Source: Octopus bimaculoides (taxonomy: Eukaryota). From it: a stretch of 64,000 nt of DNA. The notes below the pieces were generated by a model. That model saw only the letters and a list, made by a program, of their open reading frames with translations, had not been told where the DNA came from and made no database searches. Location: positions 56,645,740-56,709,739 of the forward strand of contig NC_068984.1 of NCBI RefSeq assembly GCF_001194135.2, given 5' to 3'. The position numbers and the translations under genes were made by a program. Shown here piece after piece: positions 54,227-64,000 of this stretch. How positions within the stretch are numbered: the first letter of the stretch is position 1; every line of letters begins with the position of its first letter.

Positions 54227-57200
54227 AATGACACATACCTAATGCAATCAAGGGTCTCCAGAATTTTTGAAAAGCCAGTACCTCTCGGCAGACAATGTTC
54301 TTAGTAACAGTTCGCCCTCTTCTCCTTCCTTGTCTGTCTGTCTCCATCACCTTAACCCTTACATCTGAGAGTTTGTGAGCTCTAGAGTATGCCATATACA
54401 ACTGCCCATGACTGAACACTGAATGAGGTAAAAACAATGCCACCTTCTCAAATGTCTGCCCCTGTGACTTGTTAATAGTCATGGCATATGAGCAAATGAA
54501 GGGATCATAGAAGACTCATCCAAGATAATCAAATCCAGGTTTCGTATGATTTGCATGGTCTGAAGTGGCTGGTACATTACAAATGCTGGCTTCCGTGAGT
54601 GGGACAGGCAACTTGAACAAACTATGGATAGTCATTCCACCTGACAGTAGTGCCTGTCCAAGCACCACTGCACACATTGCAGTTGTTCCTTCACAGATAA
54701 GAATGGTATTAAACATATAAGTTTTACCACAACCTCCTCGTGTATCTACATAGAAACAGGAGTGGTTGGGCACCTCACCTCTCCTCTTCTTATCTACAGA
54801 TTCAAGCACAGCATTAGCAATCAGTCTCTGTTCATCAGTAAGTGTTACAATGCCTGGGTAATTGAGGTCTCCATGATGGTCAAGCTGCAGTACTCCAATA
54901 GGTTCAGGCTGCCCAATTCCTAAACAATTAATGCCATTCTCTATCAGAATTGCATCAATTGAGTGGAGAGCCATGTTTTCCACATGTTCTGCAATAAAAC
55001 CTTGGTGTAAGAAATCTTCAATCATGGATTCCTTGTGAGTGGTCCACAGGTGAAGAGTATTTGCAGGGTTCATATAAGTGCACAGAGTAGCAAACATAAC
55101 ACAACTGTAAGGGCATCCGACAGGCAGCAGCTTCTAGAAATGCATGTTCTAGTGTGTCATCGTTTGAGAGAAGACCGTATCTTGGCATGCTGCCTTAAAT
55201 GTTGGCAAGATTTCTCCTTCTACAGTTCACAAATCCTGGAAGCTCACAGTGCCTGAAACATGCTGCAGCAACATTCACAAGTCTCTAGGGCTCACTTTAT
55301 ACATTCTACTGATGATATTAGAATTCCTTTGCCTTGGTGTCCATGTTCTACTGCGTTCATTAAACACATAATGCAGCGGGATGTCAGAGTACAAATGATT
55401 CCTTGCATCATCATACTCATGCAGTGAGGGTAATGTCATGGTCCCTCTGTGCCTGAGCAGCTTGCTGAGTGCTACCTCTGTGAAAGTAAACTCTTTGCTG
55501 GTCTTCAAGATGTACTGCAAGTCTGTAGACAGTGTGAGATGTGTCATGTAGCTTAAATTCTGACAGTCTCCACATAGCTTCCAGAGGAGAAACATATTGG
55601 CAAGTAAGATAATTAGTAATTTCATCGTGAGCTTGATTCTGCTCATGATCTACTGCTGAGTTGTCTTTTACTTCAACAGAAGCACAGTCATGTCCCTTGT
55701 GCACATACTTGAATATATGTTTAATGCTTTTCACAGATGAACAAATTTCTACACTAATGTGAGCCCTGTACTTTTTCAGCAGGCAGGCATGGTATGGCAC
55801 AACGTTCCTATTGTCAACTGAGTGACATCCAACTTGAACTATGACTCCAGTATTGCGTTTTCTGTACTCTGGATAGCCATTCAAATTAAGAAGTGTTTCA
55901 TCTCTGTAGTTCTTTGGGAATTTCTTTTGACATGAGCCATTTTCCATGCAAGGGGAAGAAGGATTATTTGTTCTGCAAGGACCATGTATCATGCATATTT
56001 TCACTAAATCATGCAAGACTGGATCATCATTGGTATCAAGAATTTCAGCTGTCACGATCCTATCTATGTCATTGCTGTTTCTCAGTTTGTCCTCATTTTT
56101 CAACACTACCAATATGTGGCAGTGGAGAAGACCTCTCTTCTGAAACTCAATGTCATAGACATGAGCCACTGGCACCCTTAAAATGTGTCTATCCTTTATG
56201 TCCTTCATAAGTTCTGCAAGGTGTGACTTGCACACTTGGGCAGCTAAATCTGACCTATTTTCAGATGTTTCATTTTGATGTTGATTATCAACTATCTCAG
56301 GGCACTTTGGGTTGCAAGTGTAAGTGATGAACAAGTCTGGCTTAGCATATTTTGAAACAATTGACATGACATCCTGAAAATATTGGTGCATATTCTTTGG
56401 ACTGCCTGTGAATGAGGAAGGCAGTATCACTGACACTCCTGGTTCAATATTCTCATCTGCTTCTGTGTTCAAATAGTCCATCAATCCATTGTACCTTCCA
56501 CTTGCAACTGGTCTGATTGTTCCTAATATATTGCAGCCTGCATCCTTCAACCTTGACATATGCATCTACAACTGTTAAAATAATTTTCCAGCTCTGTGAA
56601 TAACACTAAACCTTATGCACACGTGTCCAGCATTCCTCGACATGTTGCATCTCACAATGCCATCCAAATTCCCCATGGAAAAACAGAATTGGGTAGCTCA
56701 TAGTGTCCAAGTGGTATGATGTGTAAGATATTTTTTCAGAGGAGCCTCTCTGGGATACACAATAATGTCTCTATTTTCAGGAGGACACCATTTTCTCCAA
56801 CAAACACTGCTATTTCATTGCTGGTGGGGAAATTGTAGCGCCTGATATCAGACCCTCTCCTGGAGTGTAACTCACATCTCTGTATTGGCACATTGTCTCT
56901 TCTGGCTCTCTCCTCTTCTTGTTCAACTGCATGCATGTTCTTGTACAACTCTGCATAAGGATTAATTTGGTGGATAACATCACTTATTTTTCTCATAGTA
57001 ACAGGGGAATACTCAAAATTTTGAGGTGCATCTCTCCTGTGCTGCAGAGCTTCATCTACATCAATTATGTATAACTGGGTGTATTGCAGTTGATCATTAG
57101 CAGGATGCAGGTTTGTCATCATGTGGTAAGTTTGACCCTGAATGCAGAAGCAATACGGACCACTTCCTGGAGGTGCTGCCAGTTTGACTCCGAATGATGC

Positions 57201-58403
57201 AAAGGAGAAGGTACAATTGTAATTTCTGATATTTCTACAGAATGAAACAGACTCTTGATTGTTTCCCTCAAATTAACTTTTTAGTGTCTTTGGATATGGT
57301 TGCAATGTAGGCACATTCACTTTTCCATTTGTAAACCTAAATGTGCCACAGTATTCACATATAATGTTCATTTCTCCAATGTTAAATTGTTCAAATTCAT
57401 TAACAATAAACTCTGTTCAGCACTGGCCTATATCTTCTCACATGCTGTCACTGCATCTGATGCCTCCATAAATTGTCAATTTCACCAGCATTCATATTTT
57501 GAACTCTTTCTCAATATCTTCCCCTTTGGTTTTGCTGATAAATAACCCTGTCATGTTGATTCATGTTCTCTACTCTTTGCTGAAATAAGTTTCTCTGCTG
57601 CTCATGGTACTGTGCACGCTGTTCCTCATTCATATTTTCTCATCTTATTTGTTGTCTCTTCCTATCTTGCTGCAGGTGTTCCTCATGTTGTTCACCCTCC
57701 ATTGATGCTCATCTCAACTGCTGGCATTGCCTGTCTCTCTCTAGGATTTCCTGCCTCTGCTCTTCCCTTATTCTCTGCCTGTAGGGCCTCATTTTTGCGC
57801 GAGCAGCTTCCAGTTTTTGTTGCTGGTTCATGACGAATGCAGTTTATAAGCACAAAAGAAATACAAGATAATATATATACAAAACACATATAAGAAAAAA
57901 TTGATAAAAATGGACTGTTATAGGCAATTTGGATCTTCTATGTTTCATTCACAAAACCAGCCCCCTTTAATTTTGCTCAGATTGTTTTCAATTTTGGTGT
58001 ATCGATGCAGTTCTGAATTTTTATTATTCTCAGGTAATTACATTATCTCATAAATTAAGAATCTGATGTCAGAATTAAAGTTTGAAGATTTGGGTAATTT
58101 TAGCCCATCAACAGACAGCAAGTCATTAACAGCTTGTTTCTGGATGCGCACACCCACGCAAGTCAGTGGCACCCACGATAAAACATTTTAAAAAAACCTC
58201 CACATTTTGAGTAACATTTTATTTCAATTTCAAAATTTGTTTTATTTATTCATTTTATTGGATAGATATATTTGTCCGAAGCAGATTACATTTGAATAAC
58301 ATTTGATTTCAATTTCAAAATTTGTTTCATTAGATATATAGATAAAAATCCCATCCTCGTTTTACAGTTTACATATATTTATACATGTATAGATATGTAT
58401 AGA
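53721..58403 (-). mobile_element. Helitron, both termini present, decayed and internally deleted
   Basis: 3' end ..GGTCCCTG-CTAG|T at 53721 with a decayed subterminal hairpin; 5' A|TC at about 58393-58403; RepHel fragments in between. Confidence 0.9.
54165..57830 (-). pseudogene. Helitron Rep-helicase (HUH endonuclease plus PIF1-type helicase), frameshifted
   Basis: VILPSSFTGSP, PDLFITYTCNPKCPE (Rep motif 1), IEFQKRGLLHCHILV (HUH motif 2), SIKHIFKYVHKG (motif 3, one Tyr lost), GGCGKTY (Walker A), [30 protein letters not shown]. Confidence 0.95.
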
Positions 58404-58411
58404 TATATGTG

Positions 58412-58445
<34 letters not shown>

Positions 58446-58757
58446 AACACACACACACACATTCTATCACCACTCTCTCCCTCTCCTTCTGACTCTTTCT
58501 CTCTCACTACTTCACTGTCCCTCCTCTGTATTGAAAAGTAAAAGTAACATCGAAAATTTACTGTGGTTATTTCTCTTTGATTTAACAATGTGTCGATGTA
58601 TTTATCTATCTACTTGTATTCCATTTCACAGAAGACAAATAGATAGATAAATACATCGACACGTTGTAAAATCAAAGAGAAATAACCACAGTAAATTTTC
58701 GATGTTACTTTTACTTTTCGATACAGAGGAGGGACAGAGAGGTAGTGAGAGAGAAAG

Positions 58758-58792
<35 letters not shown>

Positions 58793-59041
58793 TGATAGAA
58801 AGTGTGTGTGGACGTGTGACATTCTCTGTGTTTATAGATAGATAGACGCACATATCTATACATGTAAGTATAGATTCATGTGTCTATCTATCTATCTCTC
58901 TATCTATCTATAAACACAGAGAATGTCACACGTTCACACACACTTTCTATCACCACTCTCTCTCCCCCTCCCTCTGACTCTGACTCTTTCTCTCTCACTA
59001 CCTCTCTGTCCCTCCTATGTATCGAAAAGTAAAAGTAACAT
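58382..59041. repeat. Three-arm inverted (zig-zag) duplication
   Basis: Arm A 58382-58620, inverted arm 58634-58866, then arm 58868-59041 in the original orientation; all share ctatcaccactctc..gactctttctctctcactac..gaaaagtaaaagtaaca. Confidence 0.92.
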
Positions 59042-59119
59042 GAAGACCGTAATGGGCAGACAAATTAAGGAAGGAACAAGCAGAATGATAATATGATGAT
59101 GATAATAATTATAATAATA

Positions 59120-59150
<31 letters not shown>

Positions 59151-62100
59151 TTTTCTGATTAGCTAAAAATCCAAACAATAAATGAATCAACATTTTTCAA
59201 ACCTTGGTTAGTTGTAAAAATGGTGAAGAAAGTAGAGTAAATAGTTGAACTTTTAATAGAATATATAGAATAATTTATTTATTAAGCATTTTTAGTTCGT
59301 GTTTCATTTTGTTGATATTGTTGTTTATTTGGTCTCTGGTCAACCTTCATAACTCAGACGTTATTACAAGACGTAATTGTCTTTCTTTAGTCAGATTGTA
59401 TACGGCTTTGCATTACCTAATGTGTCCTTCCTTTATTATAACAGTAGTGTGTGATTTGACGTAGATTTGGTTGCTAATTCTAGAATGTAGCATCACTCTA
59501 CAGATGTTCCCTCTTTGCAACACTACCACCGCCACCACAACCACCACCACCACCACCACACACTTAAAAAATATTTGTTATCTTATATCTAACCTATCAG
59601 TGTTTACAAGAATGGAACAATTTCATACCTTTAAATTTCATTTTCAAAGATTTCATGTTTTCTATTCATAAATCAACTATTTTTAAAATTGGTTTTTGTT
59701 AAAAATATTAACCCATTAGCATTCAAATTATTCTGACCAATGTAATGCTTGTTTATTTGCATTGTTTTAAATTACCCATGCACTGTTTCATAACTTTTAG
59801 ATTTCAATGATGTGGTCATTTATTTTTAGAATGACATTATAGGGTAGCTGAGGGTGGCTGATTATGGGCAGTCTCAACATAAAACTGGCAGAATATTTGG
59901 ACTGGATATGGCAGTTTAAATGCTAAAGAGTTAAAGGACTGGCAGAGGATGTAAAGTGTTAGACTTTGAAGTTGTTGTTTTTTTTTTTTTTTTTTTTTTT
60001 TTTCCTGGTTCCAAATCCTGTGGTATTTGACTTTCACTCCTCTGGTGTCAATAGAATGAGTATTGTATTCATCAAGTTTTAAAGTTGATTCAGTTAATTA
60101 GTACTCTTTTCCTAGAAATTTGTGGTCTTGAATGTAAGTTTGAAATCAATATAGTTTTTGAAGCCATGATATTTAAATTTGATTATTACATTTAATTTAA
60201 ATATTAAGTCTAATTATTAGAAAAAATATCATTATTGAAATTTGGAATTTTCAACAGTAAAACTACTAAATTATCAATTACTTTATTTCTAAATCTATTT
60301 ATTCAACCATGAAAGAAAAAAAAGGGCTTAAGAATCATGATTAAGACTAATCTGATAGTTGTTTAATCTCATCTTTATAAAGTAAAAAATGTAAAAGATG
60401 TATAATATAACAAAATAAAAAAATATATATATTTATAAAATCCTCCTCTTTTCTTTATGTAGCAATGTTTTGTTTGATTTTTGATATGATAGCTCCTACA
60501 TTCCTGTTTCAAAAGATTTTTTTTTTCAAAATCAAAGCTTATTTGATTCTTACAGGATCATGGATTAATTTTCTAAGAGACTGTTCACATGTTCAGACAG
60601 ATCCCTGCATCAACCATTACTATTTGAACAATTATCTTTGTGTAATGAAATCCCTTCGAGTTTTATTTTTTTGACTCAGTTAATAAATATCATGGAGTTT
60701 TCTTAATACAATTTAGCTATTGTTTATGATTAGGGACGTAATTAATTCTGAAGCATAATTATTTCCCAATCTTCTCCACAACTTTGTTAGTCCTTTCCAT
60801 ATTTTATTATTTCCCCTCCCTCTGTCCCTTCCACTTGTATAAATAAGCATGCTCCATTACCGATTTATAATTTCAACCTATTTCATGCTAGAAATAAGTT
60901 GAGAAGCTAAGACATAATAGTTTTCTACCAACTTAAGGACATTTGACAAATTACCTGTAATACAAAGTCAAACTATAATACTGCACTGTATTGTTTTTGA
61001 CATTTTGTTTTTAAACATTTATTCATTCCAAGTTGTATTTCATTCTTTGCAATAACAAAGGAATAAAAAATATATTCATATATTTTTTAATTGATAAAAG
61101 TCAATAATGATTTTTTAATAATACCAGGTTAAGCCACAAATTTTTTGAAAGGGTGACAGTTTACAAAATTTGGGGGAATCAACATCAGTACTTGAATGTT
61201 GTTTAATTTTAATCTACCATTGGAACAATAAAACATAAAATTGACTTTAGCAGGATTTGAGTTTGGGATGAAAAAAAATCTGACTTTGCTGCAAAGCATT
61301 TATTTTATCTACTACTACTAATTCAACAATCCACAAATAAATACTAATTAAAATAATAAAATTATGATAATTTTCTGCATGAAGTTGAAGACATGTGAAT
61401 TTAATGATTGAGAAAAACAGAAGTTGTGATGCTTCTATTATTCCCCAGGGTATAAGTAATGTAAGTAAAATAGCTCCCAAGTGTGAACTGAAACCAGGAT
61501 ATGGATTTAGCTTCCTGAAATTTCCTACCATATTAATTAGGTATCAACCGAGGTAATGACATTTACTCTAGGATATGCAGTTTGTGTTGACATGTGCTGA
61601 AGAAGTTGCTGGAAGTTGACTAGTGTATGTTGTGATTGAATTTTTTTTTCTTTAGTGCATGAAATCAATTTGTATTACATGTGCATTCTATATACTGATA
61701 TAAACATGTGATGCAATTGAATTTTTTATGTTGAATAAGAGATGTCCTGTCAGTTGATGGATGTTTAACTCCCAGTCAATTTTGATTGAGTAGATTTATG
61801 ATCAAAGGCATTCAAACTATGACCATCCAGGCTTTTTTCTTTCTTTACAAACATAGTGTAACTTTTGACTATATCATCATCGTCCAAAATACTTAATGCT
61901 AAGGCAGCTTAGGGTGGGTTGAGGGGGATGGCTGTTATCTCTAGCTTGTCAAACAACTGCACAGACTTAGATAAAGGAAAACTTCAAAAACGGTTAAATC
62001 AAACATGAAATTTATATAATCAAAATGACATTAGATCAAGTTATACAAAATGCTGTAGTATTGTTGATGTATCCAACCCACACCAGCATGAATTGATTAA

Positions 62101-63102
62101 AAAGAACTCATAATGATAATTATTATATGAAAGGAGAAAAGAGAAACTGTCAATTGTGTCTTTATCAAAGGATTTGGTGGATTTTCAGAATAGTATTTTT
62201 GGTGGATTTTCAGAATAGTATTTTTCATTATTTTATAATATCAGGGAAGGGATGGCTTAGAAATGTTAAAAACAAGGGTTGTTGAAAATTTTGTCTTTTT
62301 AAATGCAAATTACATTTGTTTGGGAATGTGTAATATTATAAAAGGACAAAGAAATACAGAAAAAAAAACAATTTAATTTTAATTATGGCAGCTATTCCAA
62401 AAGTCTATCAACTTCCCTATCTTTTATTCAAACAATATGTATCACATGTGCTCTCCTTTTCTTTATAAGTAAATACAGTAGGGTGAAATCTGTAGGATAT
62501 TTGGCTGCTGTTTCTAGCAAGTTGAGCTACTGCATAAAAGCTCCTCATTGCCTTATTAGAAATTTGTTGTTTGATTTGATTGCTTCTGCTTAATCACCTT
62601 CACAGTGCATTTATGCTAAGCTTTCTCTTCATATAATCATTTCCTCCCGAAAATTATTTATATATATATATATATATATATATCATAACAGTTTCATTAT
62701 GAACTTTTTTTTTTTTCCAATTCTTGGCTGGTAATCATTGAAATTGAAATATTGAACTCGTCATTATACATTATCAAGAGGCCTTTGTCTCTTTATCATT
62801 CAATAATTTACAATAATTTTTGTTCAAAAATGGTCTAATGCATGATTTCCTAAACTAAACTACATTTATATCTGAGTTGATACTTTTGTAGGATATCATC
62901 TAATTACCAACCACAATGGATACTTAAAAAAAGCAAAGAGAAAACGAAAAAACCCACTATGCCTTAAATTTAACAACAACAATACTTCATTTCAGGAAGA
63001 GCATTTCCAACATATACATGTGATTTTGACTTCTGGTGAGAAACAGCAGATGGTAGGAAAAGCTAGAAAGTACTTCACAGGCAATCAATGCCAGTCATCA
63101 AT

Positions 63103-63465
63103 ATCATCATCATCATCGTTTAACGTCCGCTTTCCATGCTAGCATGGGTTGGACGATTTGACTGAGGACTGGTGAACCAGATGGCTACACCAGGCTCCAA
63201 TCTGATTTGGGAGAGTTTCTACAGCTGGATGCCCTTGCTAACGCTAACTACTCCGAGAGTGTAGTGGGTTCTTTTATGTGCCACCAGCACGAAGGCCAGT
63301 CAGGCGGTACTGGCAACGGCCACGCTCAAAATGGTGTATTTTATATGCCACCTGCACAGGAGCCCATCTAGTGGCACTGGCAACGATCTCGCTCGAATGT
63401 CTTACACGTGCCACCGGCACAAGTGCCAAGAAGGCGACGCTGGACACAGATGCCATCACGATTTC
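63103..63465 (-). mobile_element. RTE-type 3' end with (ATG)n tail, about three UTR units
   Basis: Same terminus as the copies at 3886, 7273 and 29140. Confidence 0.85.
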
Positions 63466-63765
63466 GCTGGCACCTGTGCCCAGCGTGAAAATTTAACTCA
63501 GTATCATGTTTAATGTCAAGGCCACCTAGCTCTTGTCAGTGAACACATTGTGGTTTAAAGATAAACATTATTTGTACAAATTTGCAGCACGAGACAACAA
63601 CGAGGCTCTCGTCAGCAACCAGTATTTAGCAAGAGAAAGACATTCTCTTTCTCATTCCTTCTCACACTCAAATTTGTTGAGTTGAACTTGTGAAAAATTT
63701 TGATTGCTGTGTGCTGCTTTGCAGTGGTTTTTCTGGTTGAGCTTTCTCTCTATTGAAAGATAGCG

Positions 63766-64000
63766 ATGGTGATGAGTAGAATGTTTAATTCGGATCTCAG
63801 TGGTTCCAAATTGTCCTCTTCAGAGGAGGAATTGGTAAGAGCCATGAACAAGATGGATAATTGTTTGGAAAAAAGAAGCTTTGCGAAGATGACGGAGATA
63901 AAAAGAAAAGGAATCAATATGGCAAACATTAAAGAACACCAAAAGATGGCAAGTAGAGTGGGTGGTGATGTGAAGCTGTCACCACCACAGAACATAGAAG
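63766..64000 (+). CDS. ORF open to the window edge, unknown product, possibly a retroelement ORF start
   Basis: ATG at 63766: MVMSRMFNSDLSGSKLSSSEEELVRAMNKMDNCLEKRSFAKMTEIKRKGINMANIKEHQKMASRVGGDVKLSPPQNIE, no stop in 78 codons; GC and CpG content higher than the flanks. Confidence 0.35.
   Translation, partial: MVMSRMFNSDLSGSKLSSSEEELVRAMNKMDNCLEKRSFAKMTEIKRKGINMANIKEHQKMASRVGGDVKLSPPQNIE

Noticed and set aside
63750-63995. Hydrophobic 81-aa minus-strand ORF resembling a membrane protein
   Set aside because: Best explained as the antisense shadow of the A-rich plus-strand ORF (Lys/Glu/Asn codons read as Phe/Leu/Ile).

Overview
Eukaryotic, AT-rich, gapped draft-assembly sequence. It is almost certainly intronic or intergenic DNA of a coleoid cephalopod (Octopus-like); this is inferred from recalled octopus SINE/RTE repeat families, not from a search. 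No intact host gene can be supported. The window is a stack of decayed transposons: a Mag-like Ty3/Gypsy provirus with both LTRs (31477-37070, minus) carrying a younger 1.1-kb solo LTR in its integrase; a Helitron with both ends (53721-58403, minus); a DD34D mariner; a DD37D maT element with an adjacent mini-copy; a Tc1 deletion derivative; a hAT MITE; RTE LINE fragments and about a dozen RTE-type 3' ends with (ATG)n tails; Penelope-like and R4/Dong-like fragments; tRNA-type SINEs; and microsatellites. The most unusual signals are structural. Several locally templated inverted duplications are present: a ~160-bp inverted copy with a 22-bp flanking duplication and 4-bp microhomologies, a three-arm zig-zag foldback at the Helitron 5' end, a perfect 34-bp palindrome and a perfect 24-bp inverted repeat. 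There is also a hairpin-bearing variable tandem unit in the RTE 3' UTR and a possible decayed hammerhead ribozyme. I found no convincing evidence of a wholly new coding system. Coordinates were counted by hand and may be off by a few bases.
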